DNA of 64,000 nt from positions 17,844 to 81,843 of the forward strand of contig JAYWGM010000061.1 in the NCBI GenBank assembly GCA_043778225.1, in the 5' to 3' direction. This stretch comes from Deinococcales bacterium. Its GTDB lineage: Bacteria > Deinococcota > Deinococci > Deinococcales > JAAFIG01. The position numbers and the translations under genes are program-made. Under the pieces are notes generated by a model, which was not told where the DNA came from, did no database searches, and was given only the letters and a program-made list of their open reading frames with translations. This document shows, in pieces, positions 45,212 through 55,803 of this stretch (position 1 is the stretch's first letter; each line of letters begins with the position of its first letter).

Positions 45212-46719
45212 CGCTTACCTCTCGAGCCAATCAGTAAAAACCCAGCCAGCGATAAGCCCAATAAAATCATCGCTAAGGCACTGGCTTCGCCCATTTGGTT
45301 TGGGCGGCTCAAGCGTTGGTAAATCATGGTTGTCAGGGTTGCCCATTCGGGTCTACTGAGCATTAGGCTAGCGGCAAATTCGCCAATCACCACCGCAAAG
45401 CCAAGCGCCACACCACTTCGCAGGGCGTGTTCGGTTAAAGGCAAAATAATGTACCGAAACTGCTGCCATGTGTTTGCGCCGTCTAAACTGGTAGCCTCGA
45501 GTAAACTTGGTTCGATTCGGCGCAAGGCACTGAGCATCGCTCGAGTGATTAAAGGATAGGCACTCAAGGCATAAACCGCTATCAGCAACGGCAGACTAGC
45601 CACCAGCCTTGGGTAAGCCACAATAAAAGCAACTCCCAAAACGGTACTCGAGACTGACAAAGGCAATAAAGAAAGCGTATCCAAAATGCGGTTTTGACTG
45701 CGCCAAACACCAAGTGCATAACTGACCCCAAGTGGTACAGCCACCAGCAATGCCAGAACAGCAAAACGCAGGTTATTCCACAGGGCTGCGCCAAGGTTGC
45801 TCGAGAAAATACGGCTTGAAGTTTCAAAAAGGTTCTGGTAATGAATCAAGGTGAAACCATCGGCATTCAAGACACTTTTAAGGGCAACCGCCAATAAAGG
45901 CATCAGGGTCAACAGCCCTAAAAAACCAACCACAAGCCACAAGCCTACTCGAGTCCAACCTGTGGCAGTGGGTCTGAATGAATCAAATTCCTGAGCTTGG
46001 CTGCTGCGTCGCTCAAAACCCGTGACCAGCCATGCGGCGCTCAAGGTGAACAGCAATTGCAGCAGCGCTAACCCCGACGCATTCTCGAGTTCTAGCCTTT
46101 GCACACTTTGGTACATCTCGACCTCGAGCGTCGCAAAGCCAGACCCACCCAATAAAAGCGGAATCCCAAAACTGGCAAAAGTGTACAAAAAAGCCAACCC
46201 AGCCCCAATCAAAGCACTGGGTAAAGCCGTTGGCAGAGTCACAAAACGCCAAACTTGCCAAGCATTTGCGCCTTCAAGCCTTGCAACCCACTCGAGTTCA
46301 AGGCTTTGCGTGGCTAAACTGTTGATTACCAGCCGAATTGCCAAGCCAAGGTTATAAAAAATGTTTGCCAGCAGCACCAACCAGAGTGTTCCCTCGAGCT
46401 TATAAATCCAGCCTCGAGCGCCAAATAAGCTCAAGAATCCAAGGGCTGCGACCAAGATCGGTACGACAAAAGGAACACCCAACAATGCCTCGAGCCATGC
46501 TTTGCCACGAAATGTATAGCGCCCTAACAGACTGCCAAAAACCAATGCCAAAAGTAAAATAATGCCACTCGAGAGCAGTGCTTGGGTTAAAGTGACGATC
46601 AGTCGCTCGAGCATAAAAACGTTCAATGCCAGATTGACCCCGCGAACCAAAAGCACCAGCATAGGGTACAGCACACAAGCCAGTAAAAATAAAAGAAGCG
46701 GTGCGGCAAACAGCATCAC
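45208..46719 (-). CDS. Fe3+/thiamine-type ABC transporter permease (duplicated domain, ThiP/FbpB-like)
   Basis: Two EAA-like motifs (ARLEGA, ATSLDGA); PFVVP, ANIFYN, SFG..L.LGG. Confidence 0.85.
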   Translation of the reverse strand: MMLFAAPLLLFLLACVLYPMLVLLVRGVNLALNVFMLERLIVTLTQALLSSGIILLLALVFGSLLGRYTFRGKAWLEALLGVPFVVPILVAALGFLSLFGARGWIYKLEGTLWLVLLANIFYNLGLAIRLVINSLATQSLELEWVARLEGANAWQVWRFVTLPTALPSALIGAGLAFLYTFASFGIPLLLGGSGFATLEVEMYQSVQRLELENASGLALLQLLFTLSAAWLVTGFERRSSQAQEFDSFRPTATGWTRVGLWLVVGFLGLLTLMPLLAVALKSVLNADGFTLIHYQNLFETSSRIFSSNLGAALWNNLRFAVLALLVAVPLGVSYALGVWRSQNRILDTLSLLPLSVSSTVLGVAFIVAYPRLVASLPLLIAVYALSAYPLITRAMLSALRRIEPSLLEATSLDGANTWQQFRYIILPLTEHALRSGVALGFAVVIGEFAASLMLSRPEWATLTTMIYQRLSRPNQMGEASALAMILLGLSLAGFLLIGSRGKR

Positions 46720-46792
46720 AGTTTATATTGGCACGAAAATACCTCGAAATACGATAAACCGCTTACGCCAGAACTAGGATAAACTGTAGAGC

Positions 46793-48838
46793 GTGAATGT
46801 GGTTCTGGTTGGTTTGCTCTGGTTTGCCATGATGCTTGGCTATCTGCTGGATTCATTTACAACTCGAAGTTTGGTGCTGGGCGTGGCGAATCTATGTGGT
46901 GTCTTATTTTTTTGGCAATTGCAGGCTTATGTGCCAAAAAATTGGCGACTGCTGCTGATCGGTCTTGCCATTGGCGTGGTTTTTGTTGGAATGGGACAAG
47001 TTGCCTTATCGTTTGCTTTGCCAGCCTTTGAAGAACCTTTAACCATTATTGGATTGATTTTTTTGTTGTTAGCCACGATTACACTGCCGTATTTTCTCGA
47101 GCGCAACGCTGTTTTTAAGCGCGGTTTGGCAAACCGTTTTGTGGTCTGGAGTCTGTTGTTTAGTTTTCTAATCAGTCTTGTGACCCAAATTTTTATCCGT
47201 CCAGTTTTGATTGAACTGTTGTACCAAACAATCACGGTTTTTATGGCGAGTCTGTTTTTTTTGCAAGGCTTGTCTGCTCCCGATACGGCTGCTGGGCGGG
47301 TTGTCCAAACGATTGCTCGAGCCTTTACAGTGGTCAGCCTTGCACAATTGTTGTTTAACTGGCTTGTACCACTGATGGGCTGGGAAGCCGCCCAAAATGT
47401 CCAGCGTTCTTTTTGGATACTTGGTGTTTCGTTGTTGGCATTTTATCCACGCCAAGAAAGCCAGTCAAACGCCTTGCCGTGGTTACGTTGGTTTGATAAC
47501 GCTGGTGTCTTTAGTAAAATCATGACCTTAATTGTGGCGATTCTTGTGCCGTACACCATCAGTATGCTGATTTATCTGGCGCAGATTGTTGAGGCAGCAA
47601 TCCTCAGCACCCGAGGCTTGGTGGCAGAAAATGTCTACCTCGAGGCAAAAGCCAATATCTTAAATGGGATTTACACGGCTGTTTCACTGCTTATTCCATT
47701 GATTATTTTAACCGTTTTTATTGTTTCCAATAGCCTGAGCGCCCGCAGCAAGCGCTTGGCACGGATTGCCGAAGAACTGGCAAAAGGCGAATTGACCGCC
47801 CAATTACAACATGAAGCTCGAGATGAAATCGGTCAGGTGGCAACTGCTTTTGCCGCAATGATGACCTACCAACGAGCCATGGCAGCCACGGCAACCCAAA
47901 TTTCAAACGGTGATTTGCGCCAAAATACAGCCGCCCTATCAGATAAAGATACCCTCGGCACAGCTTTTTCTGGGATGGCACAGAATTTACAAAAACTGCT
48001 CGAGTCCTTACAATATAATGCCCAAGAAGTGAGTCGTGCTTCGAGTCAAATCCAAAATAGTGCGCTTGAACTGAGCCGTTCTGCCAGTAGCCAAAGTGCC
48101 AGTGTCCACCAGACCACCAGCACCGTGCAACAAGTTCACAGCAGTGCCGAGCAGATTGCCGAACACGCCAGCAGTGTCAGCAACAGTGCCGAGGCGGCGA
48201 ATCGAGTGGCGGGAGCGGGTGTCCAAGCGGCTCGGGTAGCAACCATCAGCATGACCGATACTCGAGAACGGGTTGATGAAATCGCCCAGAATATCCTTGA
48301 ATTATCAGAACAAACCCAAGCGATTGGCGAAATTATCGAAACGGTCTCAAAACTGGCAGACCAGACTAATTTATTGGCACTGAATGCCGCCATCGAAGCG
48401 GCACGGGCTGGCGAACACGGTAAAGGTTTTGCGGTGGTTGCCCAAGAGGTGCGGATTTTAGCCGAACGCAGCAAAAACGCCACGGTACAAATCTCGAGTA
48501 TTTTGTCCGAAATTCAGGGCAGCACCAACAAAGCCGTGATGACCACTGAGCAAGGCTTAAAAAGCGCCGAGACTGGCATGGAGAGTATTGCGGCTGTCTC
48601 GAGTACGATTAAAACCCTCGAAACCGCCATCGAAGAAGCCGCCAGCAATGCCAAGCTGATTTTTATCAGTGTCCAACAGCACTCGATTGGGATGGAACAA
48701 ATCAGCAGCGCGATGCAGCATATTCAAGGCAGTGCCGCTCAGAATGTCAACATTACTCAAGATACCGAAAAAGCCAGTCAACACTTGGCAGAGGTTGCCG
48801 AACGGCTAAAAGCCTTAGCTGGGCAGTATCAAGTCTAG
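46793..48838 (+). CDS. Methyl-accepting chemotaxis protein with multi-TM N-terminus and tandem HAMP domains
   Basis: [41 protein letters not shown]. Confidence 0.92.
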   Translation: MNVVLVGLLWFAMMLGYLLDSFTTRSLVLGVANLCGVLFFWQLQAYVPKNWRLLLIGLAIGVVFVGMGQVALSFALPAFEEPLTIIGLIFLLLATITLPYFLERNAVFKRGLANRFVVWSLLFSFLISLVTQIFIRPVLIELLYQTITVFMASLFFLQGLSAPDTAAGRVVQTIARAFTVVSLAQLLFNWLVPLMGWEAAQNVQRSFWILGVSLLAFYPRQESQSNALPWLRWFDNAGVFSKIMTLIVAILVPYTISMLIYLAQIVEAAILSTRGLVAENVYLEAKANILNGIYTAVSLLIPLIILTVFIVSNSLSARSKRLARIAEELAKGELTAQLQHEARDEIGQVATAFAAMMTYQRAMAATATQISNGDLRQNTAALSDKDTLGTAFSGMAQNLQKLLESLQYNAQEVSRASSQIQNSALELSRSASSQSASVHQTTSTVQQVHSSAEQIAEHASSVSNSAEAANRVAGAGVQAARVATISMTDTRERVDEIAQNILELSEQTQAIGEIIETVSKLADQTNLLALNAAIEAARAGEHGKGFAVVAQEVRILAERSKNATVQISSILSEIQGSTNKAVMTTEQGLKSAETGMESIAAVSSTIKTLETAIEEAASNAKLIFISVQQHSIGMEQISSAMQHIQGSAAQNVNITQDTEKASQHLAEVAERLKALAGQYQV

Positions 48839-48844
48839 GTCACT

Positions 48845-49468
48845 ATGCGGCTTGATAAACTTCCCGCAAATCCAGAGCGTTCGGCAGACGAATTATTGGC
48901 TGCTGCCATTGTGTCTTTTTTCTCGAGCGATACAGCTTTTCCAGATAACGAGGCTGGCTTTTGTATCCTTGGTCATGATGCCATGCCGCCCACAGTTTAC
49001 GGGCTGGCATGGAAACTCGAGCCACGCGAAATTTGGTTGGCACACCGCGTTGGTACGATTTACCACGGAGTTAATACCAACGGCGAATTTTTCAGTGCTG
49101 GGGCAGCCGCAATTCTGGTTACAGACCGCCATGTCCGCCTGATGCTCGGGGCTGGGACGTACACCAAATCGAGTGCAATTCGTGGTCAGCCTTCAGTTGG
49201 CACACACCTCGAGAAATATGTTTTTCGCTTTGTCGAATTCTCGAGTCTTGGGGCTGGTGATTTACTGGTTCTCGAGCATTGGAAACTTGGAAAATTCTAC
49301 CTCAAAATCCCGTGGGCAAGGTCTTTTGCTGCTCTCATTTCGGGATTACGGGCTTCGGTATTACAGCCAAAAATCCTCGAGAACAGCGTGGTGCAAATAA
49401 AAACCCAAAAGTCGTTGGCGTTTACTCGAGTGACCCCAGTTCTTGAAGTCAAAGGAAAAAAATCATGA
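48845..49468 (+). CDS. Hypothetical protein
   Basis: 207-aa ORF between the MCP and the next gene, overlapping the next start (ATGA). Confidence 0.6.
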   Translation: MRLDKLPANPERSADELLAAAIVSFFSSDTAFPDNEAGFCILGHDAMPPTVYGLAWKLEPREIWLAHRVGTIYHGVNTNGEFFSAGAAAILVTDRHVRLMLGAGTYTKSSAIRGQPSVGTHLEKYVFRFVEFSSLGAGDLLVLEHWKLGKFYLKIPWARSFAALISGLRASVLQPKILENSVVQIKTQKSLAFTRVTPVLEVKGKKS

Positions 49469-50343
49469 AATTTTTAGTGGTTTTGTGGCTTGTTTTTTTA
49501 GTCTTGGTCTCGGGTGCATCTGCCCAAGGGCGCGATGCTTGGGCTGCGCCGTGGGATGCTTATTTTTTGCCGCTTGGGACTGCGCCAATGGCGGGCAGTT
49601 GTGGGCTGGATGCCAGTTTTCGGATTGCCAATTACCTGAGTTACAACGAGGGGGCTTGGGGCAACATCAACACCGACCTTGAAGTCTGGACGGTGCGCTT
49701 TGGGGTGCGTTTCTCGAGTCTAATTGGCGAGTTTAGTGCTTCTGTGCCGCTCCATTTGGCTTGGGGTGGTATTCTTGACCCCGCCTTAAATACCCTACAC
49801 CGTTGGCTAAATGTTGGGGTCAGCCCAGAGCCGCCGCTTTCAGAAATTCGTTACAGTTTAGCCACCGGCGAGTCTCGAGTGGTGCGCGGCACACGCTTTG
49901 GCATTGGCGATGCCCTTTTTTCTTGGGCATATCGGCTCGAGCCAATCTGGCTGCGGCTTTCCTTGGGGATTCCAACAGGCGATGCGGCACAATTTTTTGG
50001 CTCGGGCGGCTGGCGGGTGCAATTTGGTGCTGGACTCGAGCGTAAACTGTACGGCGTGCGAATCGGGGTTCTTGTGCCACTTGGGCAGCAAAGCGCGATT
50101 GAGGTTTTTAAGCCCCAAGTCAGTATGCAGCTAAAACTCTGGTGGCAACTCCCGTTTGTGCCAGTCTTGCTCGAGCTTCATGCCAGCACCAGTCCAGTGC
50201 AAATTGGCGGACAGTTTGCAGCTACTGTGATTGCCTTGCGCTTTGTTTGGCAGACTGGAATTGGGCAATTGGCGTTTGTTGAAGATATTTCTCCGACTTT
50301 ACCCGATGTGGTTTTAGCCTGGGACGGTCAATTTGCTTGTTGA
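49465..50343 (+). CDS. Probable outer-membrane beta-barrel protein (DUF3187-like)
   Basis: Signal peptide; D.E, GG.LD.....H.W, GIGD, PTG......GSG pattern; alternating beta-strand character. Confidence 0.65.
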   Translation: MKFLVVLWLVFLVLVSGASAQGRDAWAAPWDAYFLPLGTAPMAGSCGLDASFRIANYLSYNEGAWGNINTDLEVWTVRFGVRFSSLIGEFSASVPLHLAWGGILDPALNTLHRWLNVGVSPEPPLSEIRYSLATGESRVVRGTRFGIGDALFSWAYRLEPIWLRLSLGIPTGDAAQFFGSGGWRVQFGAGLERKLYGVRIGVLVPLGQQSAIEVFKPQVSMQLKLWWQLPFVPVLLELHASTSPVQIGGQFAATVIALRFVWQTGIGQLAFVEDISPTLPDVVLAWDGQFAC

Positions 50344-51369
50344 GCGCAAGGCTTCGACCAAGCCCAGCAAATATGTCATGCCCAGCGCTCGGTCAAAAAG
50401 TCCGTAAGCGGGTCTGCCTTGTTCGTCCCAAATCATTCGACCGTGGTCTGAGCGAATCGGTCCGGTAAAACCAACCTCGACCAATGCCCGCATCACCTCG
50501 AGCATATTGACATGACCGTACTGGGTTGGGTGGGCGACCTCGAGAAAACTCTTGTCGCCTGTATGCTGCACGTTTCGGGCATGAACAAAATGAATCCGTT
50601 CGCCAAAAGCCCGAACAATACTTGGTAAATCGTTGCTTGGGCTACTGCCAAGCGAACCCGTACAAAACGTTAAACCATTATGGATACTGGGGACTGCCTT
50701 AAAAATTTGCTCGAGTTGGGTCTGGCTGCCCACAATCCGCGGCAAACCAAAAATAGACCAAGGCGGGTCATCGGGATGAATCGCCAATTTGACACCAAGG
50801 CTTTCGGCAACTGGCACAACTGCACCTAAAAAATAAATCAGGTTCTCGAGTAATTTTTCTTCAGAGACATTTTTGTAAAGGGCTAAGTTCTTCTCGAGTT
50901 CGGCACGACCAAAACCCTTTGCCCAGCCAGGAAGCGGCGCTGCCCCATTGGATAAATCTACGGTGTTTAATTTATCTTGTTCAAAACTAACCGTGCTGCT
51001 GCCATCGGGCAAGATATGATTAAAGTCGGTGCGAGTCCAATCAAAAATCGGCATAAAATTATAACAAATTACTTTTACGCCTACCGCCGCCGCATTTTTC
51101 ATACTTTCTATGTATCGTTGGATATGAAAATCGCGTTCAGGCAGTCCAATTTTAATCGGTTCGGGAATCGGAATGCTCTCGATAACCTCGAGTTTTAGCC
51201 CGTCGGCTTCGACCTGAGATTTTAGGGTTTGAAGTTTCTCGAGACTCCAAATCTCGCCCAGTGGCACATCGTAAAGCGCTCCAACAATGCCAGTCACACC
51301 GGGAACTTGGCGAATATGGCGAAGCGGCACTTGGTCAGTTGGTCCATACCAACGCATGGTCATGATCAT
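50314..51369 (-). CDS. uxuA: Mannonate dehydratase
   Basis: MRWYG, CYNFMP..DWTRT, LAIHPDDPP, GLPRI, R.DHG, DRALG. Confidence 0.95.
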   Translation of the reverse strand: MIMTMRWYGPTDQVPLRHIRQVPGVTGIVGALYDVPLGEIWSLEKLQTLKSQVEADGLKLEVIESIPIPEPIKIGLPERDFHIQRYIESMKNAAAVGVKVICYNFMPIFDWTRTDFNHILPDGSSTVSFEQDKLNTVDLSNGAAPLPGWAKGFGRAELEKNLALYKNVSEEKLLENLIYFLGAVVPVAESLGVKLAIHPDDPPWSIFGLPRIVGSQTQLEQIFKAVPSIHNGLTFCTGSLGSSPSNDLPSIVRAFGERIHFVHARNVQHTGDKSFLEVAHPTQYGHVNMLEVMRALVEVGFTGPIRSDHGRMIWDEQGRPAYGLFDRALGMTYLLGLVEALRSTSKLTVPG

Positions 51370-51378
51370 GATTTCTCC

Positions 51379-52743
51379 TTAGAAACGGTACGCATTTTTC
51401 ACTAAATTCTGAGCTAAATCCTTTGCCATCGCGTAAGCATCGGCTTTGTCTATCATGCCGCGCAGGTATTGTTTTGCCAGCCAATTGCAGGTAACACGCC
51501 GCCAGACATCATGACGGGCTGGAATCGAAGCAAAAGCCCTTGTATCGTCGTTGAATCCAGCTAAATTTGCCAGTCCTGTGGTCTCGAGAACCATGTCTAA
51601 GTAGCGCTCGATGCCATGAACACTGTCCATAAACCACCACGGCGGACCGAGGCGCAGGGCAGGATAATGCCCAACCAGTGGCGCGAGTTCTCGAGTGTAA
51701 GTGCTTTCGTCGAGCGTAAATAAAATCATTCGTAGCCGCGAATCGTTGCCATATTCGTTCAGCAACGCCTCGAGTCCATGTGTCCAATTGACCGCCATGG
51801 GAATATCTGCGCCGATGTCTGTACCAAAACGATGTTGTAATGGTTGATTGTGATTGCGATGACTGCCGGCGTGTAATTGCATTACCAGACTATCATCCAC
51901 CGACATTCGAGCGAACTCGAGTAACATATGGGCAGTAAAACGCTGCGTGTCGTCTGGATTGGACTTTTGTTGTAAGGCTCGAGTAAAAATCGCGCTTAGT
52001 TCGGAGGTAGAAAGGGCTTCGGTGTGCGGATGGGTTACGCCGTGGTCGGTAGCCGTTGCGCCAGCCGCCTTAAATTGCAAGCGGCGTTGCTCGAGGGCGC
52101 TGATAAAACTTGGGCAATGGCTGATTGGCTGGGTCAAAAGCTCGAGTTTATGGATTTCACCGAGCCAATTGGGGTTGCTTAAATCCAGCAATGAATCTGG
52201 GCGAAAGGTTGGTCGGACATTAAAACCTTCTTTTTGCAAAGCAAGATGCGACTCGAGCGAACTTGTGGCAGCATCGGTGGTACACAGCCTTGCAATGTTA
52301 AAGCGCTTAAATAAGGCTTTGGGTAGGAACTCTGGTTGCTCGAGTAAGCCTTGGAGTTGGTCGTAGAGTGCATCGGCATTTTCCAAACTTGGTTTGTCGG
52401 TTATTCCAAACACACTGTCCAGTTCATCTTGTAACCACAACCCTGTTGGTGTGCCTCGAAATAATGAAAAGTGGGTGCAAAAAATCCGCCAAACTTCGCG
52501 GTGGTCTGGGTTTTGTTTAATTTGCTCGAGCGGCACGCCTTGGGAATACAACATCCGAAAAACATAATGGTCGGGAATGACCAGTAATTCGGCGGGGCTA
52601 CCAAAGCGCTTATTTTGCGCCAATGATGTCACATCCACATGACCATGCGGACAGATAAGCGGCAGACCCAAGACGCTGCTGTACAATTCTCGAGCCACAG
52701 CGCGTTGGCTTGGCTCAGGGTCAAAACAACGGTCTGGATTCAT
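51379..52743 (-). CDS. uxaC: Uronate (glucuronate) isomerase
   Basis: HGH, PDHY.FRMLYSQG, CTTD, MQLH.G, RELAPL.GHYP, GPPWWF.DS, DDTRAF.SIPARHD. Confidence 0.95.
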   Translation of the reverse strand: MNPDRCFDPEPSQRAVARELYSSVLGLPLICPHGHVDVTSLAQNKRFGSPAELLVIPDHYVFRMLYSQGVPLEQIKQNPDHREVWRIFCTHFSLFRGTPTGLWLQDELDSVFGITDKPSLENADALYDQLQGLLEQPEFLPKALFKRFNIARLCTTDAATSSLESHLALQKEGFNVRPTFRPDSLLDLSNPNWLGEIHKLELLTQPISHCPSFISALEQRRLQFKAAGATATDHGVTHPHTEALSTSELSAIFTRALQQKSNPDDTQRFTAHMLLEFARMSVDDSLVMQLHAGSHRNHNQPLQHRFGTDIGADIPMAVNWTHGLEALLNEYGNDSRLRMILFTLDESTYTRELAPLVGHYPALRLGPPWWFMDSVHGIERYLDMVLETTGLANLAGFNDDTRAFASIPARHDVWRRVTCNWLAKQYLRGMIDKADAYAMAKDLAQNLVKNAYRF

Positions 52744-52789
52744 GACACTCCTGATACTGGATTCATGACACTCCTGATACTGGATTCAT
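52734..52789 (-). repeat. 23-bp exact tandem repeat (2.4 copies) containing the RBS and start codon of uxaC
   Basis: + strand CTGGATTCATGACACTCCTGATA x2 plus CTGGATTCAT. Confidence 0.95.
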
Positions 52790-53595
52790 TAAACTCCTGT
52801 AAATGCCCCGAACCCACCGTCTACTTTGATGATTGTGCCGGTCACAAATTTGGATTCACTCGAGACCAACCAAAGCAACGCACTTTCTAAATCTTCGGGA
52901 TTGCCAAATCTGCCTTGTGGCGTGTGGCTAATGATGCTCTGAGCGCGTTCGGTTCTCGAGCCGTCTGGGTTGAACAATAAGTATTTATTTTGTTCGGTAC
53001 TAAAAAACCCCGGCGCAATCGCATTGACCCGCACCCCAGCCCCGTACTCGAGCGCCAAATGGGTTGCCAGCCATTTGGTAAAGTTCTCCACGGCGGCTTT
53101 GGCGGCAGCATAACTGGCAACCCGAGTCATCGGGCGTTCGGCTGCCATTGAGGAGATGTTGATGATGCTCCCCAGACGAGCCGCCGCAATGTCTTGTCCA
53201 AAAACCTGCGATGCCAAAAGCGTCCCATGGAAATTGAGGTTCATCACGTACTGCACAGCATCCATATCGATTTCAAAAAAGGTGCGGTCTGGAGCGCTGC
53301 TGCCCAGTGGACGGTTGCCACCAGCCGCATTGACCAGAATACTGATTTGACCAAGTTGAGCGTGAATCGCGTTTCGAGTCGCCTCGAGCGAATCGCGGCT
53401 CAAGACATTTGCGGCAAACGGATAGACTGTTAAGCCCTGCCCGAGCAAAACAGCCGCAGCTTTTTCGGCACTTGCAAGCGAACTGCCAAGCAGCGCTACT
53501 TGTGCACCGGCTCGAGCCAAAGCCGCACAAAAATGCTGACCCAAAACACCGCTTCCGCCCGTCACCACTGCAATTTGCTTACTTAAATCAGTCAT
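52789..53595 (-). CDS. uxuB: SDR oxidoreductase, D-mannonate oxidoreductase (SDR-type UxuB)
   Basis: TGGSGVLG, NAAGGN, SSM, YAAAK, NAIAPGFF...QN..LL, HTP.GRFG; context with uxaC and uxuA. Confidence 0.88.
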   Translation of the reverse strand: MTDLSKQIAVVTGGSGVLGQHFCAALARAGAQVALLGSSLASAEKAAAVLLGQGLTVYPFAANVLSRDSLEATRNAIHAQLGQISILVNAAGGNRPLGSSAPDRTFFEIDMDAVQYVMNLNFHGTLLASQVFGQDIAAARLGSIINISSMAAERPMTRVASYAAAKAAVENFTKWLATHLALEYGAGVRVNAIAPGFFSTEQNKYLLFNPDGSRTERAQSIISHTPQGRFGNPEDLESALLWLVSSESKFVTGTIIKVDGGFGAFTGV

Positions 53596-53603
53596 AGTCT
53601 CCC

Positions 53604-54584
53604 TTATTCGGCTCGAGTCGAAGCCCTGATACAGAGTTTGGCACGCAGCACCAAAGCTGGCTCGAGAATTGGTATTCCCTCTAGTTTTTGCATTAACAGT
53701 GTCGCGGCTAACCGACCAATCTCGAGACTGGGAACGGCGGCGGTGGTCAGTGGCGGCGAAACCAGCGCCGCAAAGGGAATATCGCCAATACCAGCCACGG
53801 CAACATCCTCGGGAATTCGGACACTTAAATCTCGAGCCACTTTCATCAAGCCCATCGCCGCAAGGTCGTTGTAGGCAAGGATTCCATCAGGGCGATTCGC
53901 GCCCATGAAAAGCGTCCCAGCCAGATTTTCGCCACCTTCGATGCTCGGTGAGACCAGTTGATAAATCATGCTCGGCAAGCCCGCCTCGAGCAAAGCTGCC
54001 AGATACCCAGACTGACGCTGCTGATTAACCCAAAAATTCGGACCCGCCAAAAACGCAATTCGTTTACGCCCCGTGGTCATCAAATGCCGCGTAATCTGAA
54101 AAGCAATATCAAATTCATCTGACACCACGCTCATGACCTGACCACCCGGAATACGCCCAACCGTCACAATCGGTTTTTGCAGCGCCAAGGCGCAAATATC
54201 CGCGTCCGACAACCTCGAGCCAGCCAGCACCAAGCCATCCACTCGAGGGGCAAGGGTCTGAATTAAATCACGTTCACGGTTCGGGCGTTCTTCGGCATCG
54301 GCAAGCAACACCGTATGGTTTTTTGCGTCTGCCTCGCGGCTAATGCCTTTGACCACCGCCGCATAATACGGATTGGCAATATCCAAAATTACCACGCCCA
54401 AGGCATGGGTTTTACCGGTGCTAACTGAACGGGCATGAGGATTGGGCGTAAATTCGAGTTTTTCGACTGCCGACTTAACGCGCAACTCGACCGCACTCGA
54501 GAATCGCTTGGTATTGTTGATGATTTTTGAAACGGTTGAAACCGAAACTTCGGCTTCTCGAGCCACATCTTTAATCGTAATCAT
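53604..54584 (-). CDS. LacI family transcriptional regulator
   Basis: TIKDVAREA.VS.STVS, PN..AR, ND..A.G, IPEDVAV.G, P.LTT. Confidence 0.94.
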   Translation of the reverse strand: MITIKDVAREAEVSVSTVSKIINNTKRFSSAVELRVKSAVEKLEFTPNPHARSVSTGKTHALGVVILDIANPYYAAVVKGISREADAKNHTVLLADAEERPNRERDLIQTLAPRVDGLVLAGSRLSDADICALALQKPIVTVGRIPGGQVMSVVSDEFDIAFQITRHLMTTGRKRIAFLAGPNFWVNQQRQSGYLAALLEAGLPSMIYQLVSPSIEGGENLAGTLFMGANRPDGILAYNDLAAMGLMKVARDLSVRIPEDVAVAGIGDIPFAALVSPPLTTAAVPSLEIGRLAATLLMQKLEGIPILEPALVLRAKLCIRASTRAE

Positions 54585-54637
54585 ACCAACCTCAGTCTAT
54601 AACAGCCAGCCAAGCACCTGACTGGTTTGGGAAAATT

Positions 54638-54653
54638 AGAAAAACGGTTTTCT
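54638..54653. promoter_or_regulatory. Candidate LacI-family operator
   Basis: Near-palindrome AGAAAAACGGTTTTCT in the divergent intergenic region, with the AAA-CG-TTT core typical of LacI sites. Confidence 0.55.
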
Positions 54654-54833
54654 TTTTTAGACTATAACAGTCAAAAGTGTGACTGTAAAGTCATGGGTAT
54701 CATTTAGACCCAAGTGTGGTTGGAGCAATTGACACCTCGAGAAGCTGGTGTTATATTCTTCTATGAAACCACTTTTCTAATAATTTTCGTATTCAGCCAA
54801 GCGGCATGGCTTTTACCGACCAAGGAGTTCTCG

Positions 54834-55781
54834 ATGCTTTCTCAATCTGCTTTACCCACAGCTAAAAAATCGGCTGCCTCGAGATTGGGGTATGCGATTT
54901 GGCAACACCGCAGTTTGTACCTGATGTTGTTGCCGGGGCTGCTGTACTTTATTGTTTTTCGCTACGGACCACTGTGGTATACGCAAATTGCCTTTAAGGA
55001 ATTCAGTCCGATTCTTGGTGTCGAAGGTAGCCCATGGGTTGGTTTTAAGTACATTCTCGAGTTTTTTAATTCCTATTATTTTTCGCAATTAATGACCAAC
55101 ACCTTAATCATTAGCTTGGCGAAACTAATTTTTGGTTTGCCACTGGCGATTATTTTGGCAATTGCGCTTTCGGAAACTCGTTTGCGGTTTTTGCGAAGCT
55201 CGGTGCAAACAATTACTTATTTGCCGCATTTTTTGTCTTGGATTGTCATGGCGGGTGTGTTATTGGCGTTGTTTTCGCCATCCGAAGGCTTGGTCAATAA
55301 GGGCATGGGCTTGGTCGGACAAGACCCGATTGCATTTTTAACCGACCCTCGGTACTTTGTGGCGATTCTGGTTGGTTCGGATGTTTGGAAAGAAACCGGT
55401 TGGAGTGCCATTTTGTACTTGGCAGCCCTGATGTCGATCGACCCATCTTTGTACGAGGCGGCTGCAATGGATGGTGCAACGCGCTGGCAACGGATTTGGC
55501 ATATTTCGCTGCCCGGAATGCTGAACGTGATTGTGTTAGTAACACTGCTGCGATTAGGCGGCATTTTGGATGCTGGGTTTACACAAGTTTTTGCGCTGTA
55601 CTCACTGCCTGTTTATAGCGTCTCGGACATCATAGATACATGGGTCTACCGCCAAGGGATTCAGAACTTCCAACTGAGTGTCGCGGCGGCAGTTGGCTTA
55701 TTTAAGGGCGTGATTGGTTTGGTGTTGGTGGTCGTGGCAAACCGAATTGCACGCAAAGTAGCTGGAACGGGCTTGTACTAA
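54834..55781 (+). CDS. Carbohydrate ABC transporter permease (LplB-like)
   Basis: LY.MLLPG, YLPHFLSW, WKETGW..I.YLAAL..ID..LYEAA..DGA; AAGGAG RBS. Confidence 0.92.
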   Translation: MLSQSALPTAKKSAASRLGYAIWQHRSLYLMLLPGLLYFIVFRYGPLWYTQIAFKEFSPILGVEGSPWVGFKYILEFFNSYYFSQLMTNTLIISLAKLIFGLPLAIILAIALSETRLRFLRSSVQTITYLPHFLSWIVMAGVLLALFSPSEGLVNKGMGLVGQDPIAFLTDPRYFVAILVGSDVWKETGWSAILYLAALMSIDPSLYEAAAMDGATRWQRIWHISLPGMLNVIVLVTLLRLGGILDAGFTQVFALYSLPVYSVSDIIDTWVYRQGIQNFQLSVAAAVGLFKGVIGLVLVVVANRIARKVAGTGLY

Positions 55782-55803
55782 AGAAAAAGGAGGTGCATCA
55801 ATA

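Noticed and set aside
52734..52789. CRISPR array
   Set aside because: Repeats are directly adjacent with no spacers and there are no cas genes
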